64,000 nt of DNA from Terriglobia bacterium (GCA_965223005.1 CBDCVK010000006.1:64001-128000), one strand, 5' to 3'. Shown: positions 28,775-39,158, counted from the stretch's first letter. Notes: generated from the letters alone by a model not told the origin. Translations and numbers: made by a program.

Positions 28775-28903
28775 ATGGAATGGCTTATCGTATGTCTGCT
28801 GCTCATTACGGCTGTCACGATTTACTTTCCGACGGTGATCATACGCAAATCCAATCGGATCCTTAAGGTGCTGGATCAGATAGAGGCTAACACTCGCAAA
28901 TAG
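28775..28903 (+). CDS. Small single-TM protein (42 aa), below the ORF-track cutoff
   Basis: AAGGAGGT SD then ATG; MEWLIVCLLLITAVTIYFPTVIIRKSNRILKVLDQIEANTRK*. Confidence 0.7.
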   Translation: MEWLIVCLLLITAVTIYFPTVIIRKSNRILKVLDQIEANTRK

Positions 28904-28955
28904 TTCGTATTTACCCGGCAGCACCTGGCCAGCAGCACTTGGTAGGAAGAGGATA

Positions 28956-29699
28956 GTGGTAAGGGAGGCGGCTGTGACGACTTCAGGCGGTTCCAAGCGT
29001 CGAGTGCTCTACCTGTATCATGCGGCAGCCGGTGGTGATGGGGATCTAAACCAAACCTACCAGCACGACAGCGCGGTCATGGCCGGACCGATCGTGAAAC
29101 AAATCGGAGAGGAAAGTGGCGCCTTCCAGACCACGGCCACCGATGACTGCAGCGTACTCACCGCAGAGAACTTGAACAACTATGACGCGATGTTGTTCTT
29201 TACGAGCGGAGAGCTACCCATTTCCGAAGAGCGGAAACAAGCGCTGCTGGATTTTGTCCACGGGGGCAAAGGACTTGCGGGTGTCCACAGCGCTACCGAC
29301 ACCTTCTACCGGTGGCCAGCGTACGGGGAGCTGATCGGCGGCTATCTCGACGGGCATCCCTGGTTCCAGGAAGTGCGCATAAAGGTGGAGGACCGCAACC
29401 ACCCGGCCACCCGGCACCTGGGCGAGGGGTTCACCATCAACGACGAGATCTACCAGTTCCGAAACTGGTCACGCGACAAGGTGCACGTGCTGCTCAGCTT
29501 GGACACCGATTCGGTGAGTTTAAACAACAAGGACATTCGCCGCGCCGACAAAGACTTCGGCGTGACTTGGACGCGCACATATGGCAAAGGGCGGGTCTTT
29601 TACTCCTCGCTGGGGCACCACCCGGGGGTCTGGGCTGACGAACTTTTCCGTACCCATCTGCTGAACGGCTTGCTGTGGGTCATGAGCGCCGCCGAGTAG
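28956..29699 (+). CDS. ThuA-like domain protein
   Basis: GKGLAGVHSATD; LIGG..DGHP; DEIYQF; WTRTYGKGRVFYSSLGH. Confidence 0.88.
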   Translation: MVREAAVTTSGGSKRRVLYLYHAAAGGDGDLNQTYQHDSAVMAGPIVKQIGEESGAFQTTATDDCSVLTAENLNNYDAMLFFTSGELPISEERKQALLDFVHGGKGLAGVHSATDTFYRWPAYGELIGGYLDGHPWFQEVRIKVEDRNHPATRHLGEGFTINDEIYQFRNWSRDKVHVLLSLDTDSVSLNNKDIRRADKDFGVTWTRTYGKGRVFYSSLGHHPGVWADELFRTHLLNGLLWVMSAAE

Positions 29700-29847
29700 C
29701 GGCAGCTCCGTGCCTGCCTTATTCTGGTGGAACAGGAAATGGCATACTGTTATTTTGTGTTAAGTACTAGTCTGCCCTTCAGGGGAAGATTCTTGAGACG
29801 TCAGGGGATTTTCGATCCCATGAAGTAGGGCAGGACGAAAGGCGAAG

Positions 29848-31140
29848 ATGCGGACCCACCATCGAAGCAGCCAGCTATTTCGGCACGCGCGCGAAGCCAT
29901 CCCCGGCGGCGTGAATACTTCCATCCGGAACATCGATCCACCACTTGTCTTTACAGAAGCACGCGGGGCGGTTCTGCAGGACGCAGATGGGAATCGCTAC
30001 ATTGATTATCACGCCGCCTTCGGGCCAGTCATTCTCGGCCACAACTTCGAGGCGGTGAACTGCCGGGTGGCCGAGGCGATGCAACAGATCGATCTTCTGG
30101 GAACGGGCCTGACCGAATTGGAGATCGAGTTGGCGCATAAGATCTGCCAGCATGTTCCCTCCGCTGAGAAGGTCCTCCTGTGCAACAGCGGTGCCGAGGC
30201 TACCTACCATGCGATCCGGCTGGCCAGGGCGGTGACCGGGCGAAAGAAGATCATCAAGTTCCAAGGCTGTTATCACGGCTGGCACGACAGCGTGGCCATG
30301 AACGTGATTAGCCAGCCCGACAAGCTAGGGAAGAAGGATCCGCTTTCTGCCGGGACCCTGCCTGAAGTCATCGCCAATACCTTGGTTTGCGACTTCAACG
30401 ATCTGGATGGTGTCGAAAAAGCTGTGAAGGAGAACGGCAGGCAAATCGCCGCGATCATCCTGGAGCCGATTCCTCACAACATTGGCTGCGTACTGCCAAA
30501 GCCGGGATTCCTTCAGGGCCTGCGAGAGATCACCCGGCGCGAGGGCATCCTTCTGATCTTTGATGAAGTCATCACCGGGTTCCGCCATAGCCTCGGTGGC
30601 TACCAGAAAATCTGCGGCGTTACACCGGACCTGACGACGCTAGGGAAAGCCATCGCCAACGGCTATCCCATTGCGGCCGTGGCCGGGAAGCGTGAATGGA
30701 TGGACAGATTCAGTACTCATCCGGACGGCGATGTGTACTTTGCGGGCACCTACAATGGCCATCCGATTGGGTGCGCGGCGGCGCTGGCGACCATTGAAAC
30801 CCTTGAAACTCGGAGGGTTCATGAGCACATCTTCCGCTTGGGGGAGAAGATGCGGCTAGGCTTGGAGGAGATCGTGGGGCGGCTCGGGCTGCCGATTACG
30901 GTGGCTGGCTTCGGCTCCGTCTTCCTTCTGTACTTTCTGGAAGGTCCGATCGAAAGCTACACCGACCTGTTGCGCAATGACGGAAATCGTTTCGTCGCCC
31001 ACCGTCAAAAGATGCTCGAGCGCGGGATCTTCGAACTGCCTTTCAACCTGAAGCGAAATCACATCAGCTTCAGCCACGACAAACAACATATCGAACGGAG
31101 TCTGGACGCAACCGAACAGGTGCTCCGGGAGCTCGCCTGA
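29848..31140 (+). CDS. Class III PLP aminotransferase, glutamate-1-semialdehyde aminomutase-like
   Basis: IPGGVN; NSGAEA; KFQGCYHG; FDEVITGFR; PDLTTLGK. FAGTYNGHP differs from canonical HemL QAGTLSGNP. Confidence 0.88.
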   Translation: MRTHHRSSQLFRHAREAIPGGVNTSIRNIDPPLVFTEARGAVLQDADGNRYIDYHAAFGPVILGHNFEAVNCRVAEAMQQIDLLGTGLTELEIELAHKICQHVPSAEKVLLCNSGAEATYHAIRLARAVTGRKKIIKFQGCYHGWHDSVAMNVISQPDKLGKKDPLSAGTLPEVIANTLVCDFNDLDGVEKAVKENGRQIAAIILEPIPHNIGCVLPKPGFLQGLREITRREGILLIFDEVITGFRHSLGGYQKICGVTPDLTTLGKAIANGYPIAAVAGKREWMDRFSTHPDGDVYFAGTYNGHPIGCAAALATIETLETRRVHEHIFRLGEKMRLGLEEIVGRLGLPITVAGFGSVFLLYFLEGPIESYTDLLRNDGNRFVAHRQKMLERGIFELPFNLKRNHISFSHDKQHIERSLDATEQVLRELA

Positions 31141-31250
31141 GTCAAACCCTCCGGCCTGATTCCGTGTGGGCGTCCCAGGGCCAGTGATGTGTCAACAAAC
31201 GGAGGCTACGGGCCGATATACGGCTGGATAGATTTCCGGCGGGCAGTTTT

Positions 31251-32870
31251 CTAGCGGTCCAGCTGTTGCGCCAAAGTTCTCTGGGCGGTCTCCGCCAGTT
31301 CTTTGGCCTTTGGCAGAAGTTCGATCGCCTTCAACACCTGCCGGTCGGTCTCAAGAGCGCTCCGGTCCCCTTCGAGTTTTCCGAAAACCGAAATAAACAG
31401 GTGCTGCTTGATGCGCCGCTGGATGGTCTCCAGGTGTTCCTGAATATCCTCTTCGGTGTAGAGGATCTTCTCCCTGTCCAGAAACCGTCGGAACTCGTCC
31501 AGCACCGACTCGTCTACCTCGAAGTCCCGGGCGATCGTCTCGTGGGAAGCAAGGTAGGACCTGGCGAAGTTAAACAACGCGTATTTCCGCACGAGGGTGC
31601 GCCGGAAGCCCTTCAGGGGCGGCGTCAACATCTTCACATCGGGGGTAATTCCGCCCCCGCCGTAGACGGGGCGGCCGCTGTCAGTCATCCGAATTTGTCG
31701 CCCAGGGCGCTCATTGTCGTCCGATTCGTCTTCGTCCCGATAATAGTAGTAGTCGTAAAGAGTAATACCGGTGAACTCTCGCTGGATCAGGCGACCACTG
31801 GGCGTGTAATACCTAGCGGTGGTCAGGGCCAACCCCGTGTTTTCTCTGAGCGGGTACACGGTTTGCACCAAGCCTTTGCCAAAGCTGGTTTCGCCGACCA
31901 CCAGACCGCGGTCGTGGTCCTGCACCGCGCCCGCCACAATCTCTGCGGCACTGGCGCTCTGGCGGTCGATGAGCACCACCAACGGATACATCGCTCCCCC
32001 GTTGCCTCGCGCAGCTCGGTAGACCTTTTCGCCCGAAGCGCGCCCGCGGTGGCTGACAACCACCTGGCCCCGGCTCAGGAACATGTCGGCGACGCTGACG
32101 CCTTCCGATAGCAACCCGCCCTGGTTGCCCCGCAGGTCCAAGATCAGCCCGTGAAGGTTCTTTTGGTTCAGCTTCCTGAGCGCTTTGGCCAGTTCGCGGC
32201 TGGTGGTCTCACTGAAGTTGGCGATCCTAATAAAGCCGATGCCGGGCCGAATTTCAAAGGCGTGCTCGATGCTGGGGCGGGGAATCTCGGCGCGGGTAAT
32301 GGCAAACTCCAGCGGTGCCGGAGTCCCTTCACGTAACACCAAGACCCGGACGGTGGTCCCCTTGGGTCCCTTCAGCAACTCTGCCACCCCACTGGTGGAC
32401 AGGTTATCGGTGGGTGTGTCGTCCACCTGCGCGATAATGTCGCCGGGCCGCAGACCGGCGTGATAAGCAGGCGAGCCAGCGAACGGCGCTACCACGATGG
32501 TCTTGCCGCCGCGTGGAGCCACTGTCATGCCGACCCCGTAGTACTTGCCGCGCTGCTCTTCTCGCAGTAATTGAAAGCTCTTGGGATCGAAGAAATTCGA
32601 GTGGGGGTCTAGGGTCCGCAACATCCCTTGAATTGCCCCGTGGTAAATTGCCTTCTCAGGATCTACCGCGTCAGCATAGTTTTCCTCCACCGCCGAGTAC
32701 ACCTTGGTGAGCAGCCTGAGGCTGGCCCGGACATTGTCATTGCTGGTGCCCGGAGTCGCTTTGACCTGCCTCCCGTAGACCCCTGCCAACACGGCGCAGG
32801 ACAGAATCACCAGTGGAATCGTCAACACGGATCTCCGCAAGCTGCTCATGAACAGGCTCTCGTTACCCAT
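31251..32870 (-). CDS. ctpA: C-terminal processing protease, S41 family
   Basis: LDPHS; PDZ domain; LDLRGNQGG; SASAAEIVAGAVQD; SFGKGLVQ; YYTPSGRLIQ. Confidence 0.93.
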   Translation of the reverse strand: MGNESLFMSSLRRSVLTIPLVILSCAVLAGVYGRQVKATPGTSNDNVRASLRLLTKVYSAVEENYADAVDPEKAIYHGAIQGMLRTLDPHSNFFDPKSFQLLREEQRGKYYGVGMTVAPRGGKTIVVAPFAGSPAYHAGLRPGDIIAQVDDTPTDNLSTSGVAELLKGPKGTTVRVLVLREGTPAPLEFAITRAEIPRPSIEHAFEIRPGIGFIRIANFSETTSRELAKALRKLNQKNLHGLILDLRGNQGGLLSEGVSVADMFLSRGQVVVSHRGRASGEKVYRAARGNGGAMYPLVVLIDRQSASAAEIVAGAVQDHDRGLVVGETSFGKGLVQTVYPLRENTGLALTTARYYTPSGRLIQREFTGITLYDYYYYRDEDESDDNERPGRQIRMTDSGRPVYGGGGITPDVKMLTPPLKGFRRTLVRKYALFNFARSYLASHETIARDFEVDESVLDEFRRFLDREKILYTEEDIQEHLETIQRRIKQHLFISVFGKLEGDRSALETDRQVLKAIELLPKAKELAETAQRTLAQQLDR

Positions 32871-33020
32871 CAGAGTATACCATGCGCGCCGGCCTTGCAT
32901 ATGGGCTGACCAACCGGTGCGTTCGCTTCCCGGTTCATCAGCCCTGGAGGCGATTCGTCGCGGCCCAGCCAGTCTGGTTTGAGGTTGACGCCCTCCCGAC
33001 TCCAGGAATACTATTTAACT

Positions 33021-33356
33021 ATGGGGTACGTCGGGGTCCCTGAAATGGTCGTCATCTTCATCGTGGCCCTGCTCGTCTTTGGGCCCAGGAAGTTACCCGA
33101 ATTGGGTCGCTCGTTAGGGAGGGGCATCTCAGAATTCCGCCGGGCTTCCGCGGAGTTGCGAAGTTCTCTGGAACGCGAAATGCATAGCATTGAGCAGGAG
33201 ACTAAGTTCGACGAATTTACCCAGATCCCCGCCGAGCAGGAGACGAAGTTCGAGGAATCCAGCGAGACCCCCGCCGAGGTTTCCGCCAATAGCGTCACAG
33301 CAGTGGACGAGAGGAGCTCTCGCTCCGAGGCTTCCAGCGGCGAACGCCAGGATTGA
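33021..33356 (+). CDS. tatA: Twin-arginine translocase TatA/TatB subunit
   Basis: GVPEMVVIFIVALLVFGPRKLPELGRSLGRGISEFR; upstream TTGACG-18-TACTAT promoter. Confidence 0.92.
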   Translation: MGYVGVPEMVVIFIVALLVFGPRKLPELGRSLGRGISEFRRASAELRSSLEREMHSIEQETKFDEFTQIPAEQETKFEESSETPAEVSANSVTAVDERSSRSEASSGERQD

Positions 33357-34351
33357 TGCCGAAGTTCTCGCCTACCTCCGAGGATCCCCGGACCGTGTCC
33401 CAGCAAGAAGCCCCGACTGCCGAGTCGGCTTCCGTTCCCCCTCCAACCGGGCAGGAGCAAGAAGAAACCCGCCCGAGCTCCGATGACCACGGGTCAGAAG
33501 TTTCCGCCCCAATGGATTATGAAACGCCGCCCGAAGCAGGAACTGGCGGCCGGGGGAGCCAACCGCCTCCTCCGGCTGGCGATGGCCCTGACGGCGAGGA
33601 GCCTGCAGAAGAAGAGATGGTCAAGATGTCATTCCTCGACCACCTCGACGAACTGCGCAAGCGCATCATCTATTCCTTGATCGCAGTGGCGGTCGCCTTC
33701 TTCATCTGCTTCAGTTTTGCAAGACGGATCTTCGACCACATGTCGGAGCCACTGCGGGCCACCCTTCGGGACATGGGCATGCAAGAGCAGCTCTACTTCA
33801 TCAAACCCACCGATGCCTTCACGCTCTACCTAAATCTGGCGCTGATTATTGGCCTGTTCCTGGCTTCACCGTTTGTCCTCTACCAGGTGTGGGCCTTCAT
33901 CACGCCCGGCCTCTACCAGCGCGAACGAAGGTACGCAGTTCCCTTTGTTTTCTTCTGCTCCTCTCTGTTTATCGGCGGCGGTCTGTTCGGCTACTACATC
34001 GCCTTCCCGTTTGCCCTCAGGTTTCTGCTTACCTTCGGCGGCGAGCGCCTGGTGCCCTGGATCACGGCCACCGAGTACATGAACACCTTCTGGACGGTCA
34101 TCCTGGGCCTGGGCATCATTTTTGAACTGCCGGTGATGATGTTGTTCCTGGGGCTGCTAGGGATTCTGACTCCGGGCTTTCTGATGCGGAACTTTCGGTA
34201 CGCGGTGCTGTTGATCGTCATAGTGGCAGCAGTGGTCACGCCCACCGCCGACATTATCAACCTGATGATTTTCGCCATGCCCATGATGGCTCTTTACATG
34301 GTCGGAGTGGGCTTGGTATGGCTGGTGACGCGGCGTCGCCGCACGACGTGA
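33356..34351 (+). CDS. tatC: Twin-arginine translocase TatC
   Basis: MSFLDHLDELRKR; YQVWAFITPGLY..ER; FELPV; AAVVTPTAD; long acidic/Pro-rich N-terminal extension. Confidence 0.95.
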   Translation: MPKFSPTSEDPRTVSQQEAPTAESASVPPPTGQEQEETRPSSDDHGSEVSAPMDYETPPEAGTGGRGSQPPPPAGDGPDGEEPAEEEMVKMSFLDHLDELRKRIIYSLIAVAVAFFICFSFARRIFDHMSEPLRATLRDMGMQEQLYFIKPTDAFTLYLNLALIIGLFLASPFVLYQVWAFITPGLYQRERRYAVPFVFFCSSLFIGGGLFGYYIAFPFALRFLLTFGGERLVPWITATEYMNTFWTVILGLGIIFELPVMMLFLGLLGILTPGFLMRNFRYAVLLIVIVAAVVTPTADIINLMIFAMPMMALYMVGVGLVWLVTRRRRTT

Positions 34352-35286
34352 ACTCCTGCCCGGCGCTGCTTTTGGCACTATTGCTGGCCATCACGCCAGT
34401 TGCCTGTGCTTCGGAGAGCCCAGGGAGGCGACCCTCCCGCACAGCTGGTCCGGCGCCGCGCTTTTTCTCCGGCGCCCTCGCCTTGAAGCATGCCACCGAG
34501 CTGGCCAAAATTGGCCCGCGGCCTCCCGGCACCCCCGAGCATGAAAAGGCCCAGCAATACATCCTGACGCGTCTCCAACGCCTTGGAGTGCAACCCGAAG
34601 TGGACGCCTTCACGGCTGCAACTCCGGTCGGCCCCCGCCCAATGAAAAACATCGTGGCCAAATTTCCCGGCAGGAGCAAACGGGTCGTGTTGGTCGCCGG
34701 CCATTACGACACTAAGCTGGAAACGCGATTCCGTTTTGTTGGCGCCAACGATGGCGGTTCCAGCACCGGGCTACTATTGGAACTTGCTCGCGTGCTGAAG
34801 AATTCGCCGCCCGGCTGGTGCGAGGTCTGGCTGGCTTTTCTGGACGGGGAAGAATCCTTAGGCAGGCGTTGGACCCAGGCCGACTCCCTTTACGGGAGCC
34901 GGCGTATGGCCGAACGGCTCCGAGCTGCCGGGGAGCACCGCCGCCTGAGCGCAGTCCTGGTGGTGGACATGGTGGGCGACCGCAACCTGGACTTGCTTCG
35001 CGACTTGAACTCGACCGGCTGGCTCAATGAGCTGGTTCGCGACGTGGCCCAGCAGTTGGGGCAGGCGCAGGCATTCGGTGACCACACCACCGCTGTGGAA
35101 GACGACCACGTGCCGTTCAGTCGCATCGGCTTGCCTGTCGTCGACTTGATTGACATGAACTACGGTCCCAACAATTCCTTCTGGCACTCGGCTGAGGACA
35201 CTCCCGACAAGCTCAGCGCCCGCAGCTTGCAGGCGGTGGGGCGCATTGTGCTGGGCACGATCGCCGCGCTTGAACACAGAGAATAG
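34348..35286 (+). CDS. M28 family peptidase / glutaminyl cyclase-like, probably exported
   Basis: GHYDTK; GANDGGSSTG; DGEE; DMVGD; DDHVPF; WHSAED; hydrophobic N-terminus. Confidence 0.88.
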   Translation: MNSCPALLLALLLAITPVACASESPGRRPSRTAGPAPRFFSGALALKHATELAKIGPRPPGTPEHEKAQQYILTRLQRLGVQPEVDAFTAATPVGPRPMKNIVAKFPGRSKRVVLVAGHYDTKLETRFRFVGANDGGSSTGLLLELARVLKNSPPGWCEVWLAFLDGEESLGRRWTQADSLYGSRRMAERLRAAGEHRRLSAVLVVDMVGDRNLDLLRDLNSTGWLNELVRDVAQQLGQAQAFGDHTTAVEDDHVPFSRIGLPVVDLIDMNYGPNNSFWHSAEDTPDKLSARSLQAVGRIVLGTIAALEHRE

Positions 35287-35343
35287 AGCTCGCTTCCGAC
35301 TGGCCGTTCGTCGGGAGTCGAGAACGGGTACAATTGGGGCTTC

Positions 35344-36297
35344 ATGCTCTGGTTCTGGGTTCTTTTTAACGTCTTTGTCGTCACCATGCTGGTGCTGGAC
35401 CTTGGGGTGTTTCACCGCAAGGCCCACGTCATCGAGCTCCGGGAAGCGCTGCGCTGGAGCGCCTTCTGGATCAGCCTAGCCCTTTCCTTTGCCGTGCTGG
35501 TGCTTTTCTGGCGCGGGGGGAACACCGCGCTCGAGTTTGTCACCGGCTACGTGATTGAGCTGTCCCTGAGCGTGGACAACCTGTTCGTCTTCCTGATGCT
35601 GTTCACCTATTTCCGCGTGCCTCGGGAGCACCAGTATAGGGTGTTGTTCTGGGGCATTGTCGGCGCGCTCGTCATGCGCGCTGCTTTCATTCTCGCCGGG
35701 GTGACACTCATTAGTAAGTTCCATTGGATCATCTACGTGTTTGGGGCGTTCCTGGTCTGGACCGGTTTCAAATTGTTCGGCGCTCACGACCGGCAAGTGA
35801 ATCCGGAAAAGAACCCTGTGTTGCGCCTCTTCCGCCGCTGGTGGCCAATCACCGAGACCTATGTGGGCGGAAAATTCTTCCATCGGGTCGGCCACCGCAC
35901 CTATGCCACGCCGCTGTTTGTGGTATTGCTGGTGGTGGAAACCACCGACATCATGTTTGCTGTGGATTCGGTTCCCGCCGTCCTGGCCATTACCCGCGAT
36001 CCGTTCATTGTTTATACCTCCAACGTCTTCGCCATCCTCGGGCTGCGCGCGCTTTACTTTTCGCTGGCTGGAATGATGACGATGTTTCACTACCTGAGCT
36101 ACGGCCTCGCCGTAATCCTGATGTTTGTCGGGACCAAGATGTTGGTCTCCGGCTTTTTTCACATTCCCATCACCGTGGCCCTCGGCGTGGTCGTGGCGGT
36201 CTTGGGGGGCTCTGTGGGCGCTTCGCTGATCTTTCCCAAGAAGCAAGACGAGAAGCTGGTGGAAGGGGCGCGCCATCCAGTGGAAGCGGATCAGTGA
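35344..36297 (+). CDS. TerC/Alx family membrane protein
   Basis: ELSLSVDNLFVF; QYRVLFWG; ETTDIMFAVDSVPA; SNVFAILGLRALYF. Confidence 0.93.
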   Translation: MLWFWVLFNVFVVTMLVLDLGVFHRKAHVIELREALRWSAFWISLALSFAVLVLFWRGGNTALEFVTGYVIELSLSVDNLFVFLMLFTYFRVPREHQYRVLFWGIVGALVMRAAFILAGVTLISKFHWIIYVFGAFLVWTGFKLFGAHDRQVNPEKNPVLRLFRRWWPITETYVGGKFFHRVGHRTYATPLFVVLLVVETTDIMFAVDSVPAVLAITRDPFIVYTSNVFAILGLRALYFSLAGMMTMFHYLSYGLAVILMFVGTKMLVSGFFHIPITVALGVVVAVLGGSVGASLIFPKKQDEKLVEGARHPVEADQ

Positions 36298-36318
36298 GCT
36301 TTTATCGTGGTGCGCCGA

Positions 36319-37905
36319 TCAGCGGAAAGTGACCTTCGTGCCAGCGCGGCCCGAGGAGTGCTTTTTGAATTTATCGATCTTGTAAGGGAAGTCCGAGCGG
36401 TAATGGGCGCCGCGGCTTTCCTCGCGGGCCAGGGCAGCGGTGGCGATCAATTCCGCCACAACCAGCATGTTACGGTACTCGAAGGCGGAACGGCTGGCCG
36501 GCCCGGTGTCGGCGGCCGCCGCGGTCCCCTCTAGCTGTTCGGTGCGCTGCTGGAGCCTTTCCACCAACAGACGCAGTTCCTTGCCGCAGCGGATGATACC
36601 GGCGTGCTTCCACAACAGCTCGCGCAGTTCGCGGATGCCGGCTTGCGGGTCTGCTGCGAGGGTGGGCAACCTTGGCGTTGGGCCATGGGGAGGCGCCTCC
36701 GGCACCGCATCCGACACCATGGCCTTTCCGGTCCGCGCTCCGAAGACCAAACCCTCCAGGAGCGAGTTGGAGGCCAAACGGTTGGCCCCGTGCACGCCAG
36801 TGCAGGCCACCTCGCCCGCCGCATACAGGCCCGGCAGAGTTGTGCGCCCCTCCAGATCGGTGGCCACGCCGCCCATTGCATAGTGGGCCGCCGGCCGCAC
36901 CGGGGCTGGCTCGGTTGCCAGATCAATGTTGAACTCCAGGCAGGTGGAGTAAATCCGCGGAAAGCGCTTGCGAAGATACTCCGCCTCCATGTGCGTCAGG
37001 TCGAGGAAGGCATATTCGGTGTGGGTGCGCTGCAGCTCGGAAAGGATGTCACGGGAGAGCACGTCGCGCGGCGCCAGCTCGGCGTCCGGGTGATACCGTG
37101 GCATAAAGCGAAGGAACTCAGCGTTCTGCAAGATGGCTCCTTCGCCGCGCAGCGCCTCCGACAGCAGGAAGCGCGGTGCGCCTTTCAGGTAGAGCGCCGT
37201 GGGGTGAAACTGGACGAACTCCATGTCGCTCACCTCGGCGCCGGCACGATAAGCGATCGCCACCCCGTCGCCGGTTGCGACTTCCGGATTGGTGGAGTCA
37301 CGATAAACCTGGCACAGGCCGCCGGTGGCCAGCAGCACCGCGCGGGCCACGATGCTCTTCAGGCTGTTGTCCTGCTGGTCGTACACCACTGCGCCGGCCA
37401 CGCGCCCGCCTTCCACAAGCAGCTCGGTGGTGGAGGAAAAGCTGTGAAAGCAGACTTGCTTGCCAAAGTCTCGGGCGCGGGCGAACAGAGTCCGCACGAT
37501 CTCCCGCCCGGTTGAGTCCCCATGGGCGTGCAAGACCCGTGATCGGCTGTGGGCTCCTTCGCGGCTGAACGCCAGCTTCTTGCCGGCGCGGTCGAACTGC
37601 GTGCCCCACTCAATGAGTTCCCGAATGTAGCGGGGGCCTTCCTCGACGAGCGCGTCTACTGCCGTCTCGGTGCACAGCTCGTCGCCCACCCGCAATGTGT
37701 CCTGGCGGTGCAACCTGACCTCATCCTCGTCGCCGAGCGCGACGGCAACGCCGCCTTGGGCGTACTCGCTGGCTGATTCTGACAGTTGGTCCTTTGCGAG
37801 CACCATCACCCGCCCCGCTGATGCCAGCTCCACTGCAGCTCGCAGACCAGCGACGCCGCACCCGATGACCAGGAAATCGGTGCTTGTCACCGCGGGGAGG
37901 GTCAT
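36319..37905 (-). CDS. nadB: L-aspartate oxidase
   Basis: GCGVAG; AQGGVA; REGAHS; EFVQFHPT; LLSEALRGEG; HGANRLASNSLLE; ESRGAHYR. Confidence 0.95.
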   Translation of the reverse strand: MTLPAVTSTDFLVIGCGVAGLRAAVELASAGRVMVLAKDQLSESASEYAQGGVAVALGDEDEVRLHRQDTLRVGDELCTETAVDALVEEGPRYIRELIEWGTQFDRAGKKLAFSREGAHSRSRVLHAHGDSTGREIVRTLFARARDFGKQVCFHSFSSTTELLVEGGRVAGAVVYDQQDNSLKSIVARAVLLATGGLCQVYRDSTNPEVATGDGVAIAYRAGAEVSDMEFVQFHPTALYLKGAPRFLLSEALRGEGAILQNAEFLRFMPRYHPDAELAPRDVLSRDILSELQRTHTEYAFLDLTHMEAEYLRKRFPRIYSTCLEFNIDLATEPAPVRPAAHYAMGGVATDLEGRTTLPGLYAAGEVACTGVHGANRLASNSLLEGLVFGARTGKAMVSDAVPEAPPHGPTPRLPTLAADPQAGIRELRELLWKHAGIIRCGKELRLLVERLQQRTEQLEGTAAAADTGPASRSAFEYRNMLVVAELIATAALAREESRGAHYRSDFPYKIDKFKKHSSGRAGTKVTFR

Positions 37906-38051
37906 GTCGAGTGGATGATACCACGCCTGACCTGCTCCGATAGCGAGGCGCGCAACGCCGCAATTCGACGCGTCCACCATGCCACGCCGAGAATTTCTAG
38001 CCTGACCGCTTTTCTCGGATGGGATCGGCGTGGTACAAGCAAGCTACGGGC

Positions 38052-39158
38052 ATGAAGATGGCAAAAGCTTCTGGGGCGATCACAGTGCATGCGTCCAGCG
38101 CGCGCTACCAAGTACTGGTCGAGCGCGGCTTGCTGGCGCACGCCGGGCGGCTGCTCGACAAGGTGGCAGGCGGGCGGCCATGGGTGGTCGTCACGGACAA
38201 GGTTGTTTGGAAGAATTGGGGCAGGGCACTCGGTTCCGCGCTGGCCCCGCGAAGCTACGGTCTATTGCGCATTCCTCCTGGGGAACAACAGAAAAACTTT
38301 CGCACTGCCGAACGCCTATGTGAGCAACTCGTGCGGCAGAGGGCGGACCGCAATAGTCTTCTGATCGGCTTCGGCGGCGGCGTGATTGGGGACTTGACGT
38401 CCTTCGTCGCTTCCATTTTTCTGCGCGGGGTTGACTATGTCCACATTCCAACCACGCTACTGGCGCAGATTGACAGCTCGGTGGGTGGAAAAACCGGCGT
38501 GAACCTGCGCGCGGGCAAAAATCTAGTGGGCACCTTCTACCAGCCCCGGCAGGTACTGGCTGACCCGGAAGTGTTGCGCACGCTGCCGGTACGTGAGCTG
38601 CGCGCGGGTTTGTACGAGGCCGTCAAGGCGGGAATCATCCTTGACAAGGGCCTGTTTGAATTTGTTGAGCGGCGCCGCAAGCACCTGTTGAAGAAGAATC
38701 CCGACGAACTGGCCGAGCTGGTGCGGCGCTCGGTCGCGATCAAGGCCTGGGTCGTGGCCCGGGATGAAAAGGAAAGCGGCCTGCGACGCATCTTGAACCT
38801 CGGGCACACTGTCGGCCACGCTCTGGAAGCCGAGACCGGCTATCGCTATTTCCTGCATGGTGAAGCGGTCGCCTGGGGCCTTCGAGCGGCAACCCGGCTC
38901 GCCGAGGAACAGCGGTTGATTGCGAAGGCAGAAGCCGAGCGGATCCACGCCTTGGTGAAGAGCCTGGGGCCTTTGCCGCCGCTGGGTCGCGTGGCGCCGG
39001 CGAGGCTGGCGGCGCGCATGCGGGCGGATAAAAAAACGCATCGGGGTGTGCTGCATTTTATCCTGCCTGAAAAAATCGGGAAGGTACGAATCGTGCCCGG
39101 AATCGAGGCCGACGCAGTGGTGCGAGTCTTGGAACGCCTGCGTAGGGAGCAGGCATGA
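38052..39158 (+). CDS. aroB: 3-dehydroquinate synthase
   Basis: GGGVIGDL; PTTLLAQIDSSVGGKTGVN; KNLVGTFYQP; LNLGHTVGHALE; HGEAV. Confidence 0.96.
   Translation: MKMAKASGAITVHASSARYQVLVERGLLAHAGRLLDKVAGGRPWVVVTDKVVWKNWGRALGSALAPRSYGLLRIPPGEQQKNFRTAERLCEQLVRQRADRNSLLIGFGGGVIGDLTSFVASIFLRGVDYVHIPTTLLAQIDSSVGGKTGVNLRAGKNLVGTFYQPRQVLADPEVLRTLPVRELRAGLYEAVKAGIILDKGLFEFVERRRKHLLKKNPDELAELVRRSVAIKAWVVARDEKESGLRRILNLGHTVGHALEAETGYRYFLHGEAVAWGLRAATRLAEEQRLIAKAEAERIHALVKSLGPLPPLGRVAPARLAARMRADKKTHRGVLHFILPEKIGKVRIVPGIEADAVVRVLERLRREQA

Noticed and set aside
29848-31140. Calling the aminotransferase hemL
   Set aside because: Signature segments diverge from canonical HemL and there is no heme-pathway context.
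35287-35343. yybP-ykoY Mn riboswitch upstream of the TerC/Alx gene
   Set aside because: The gap is only 57 bp, holds a -10-like TACAAT close to the ATG and shows no recognisable aptamer motifs.
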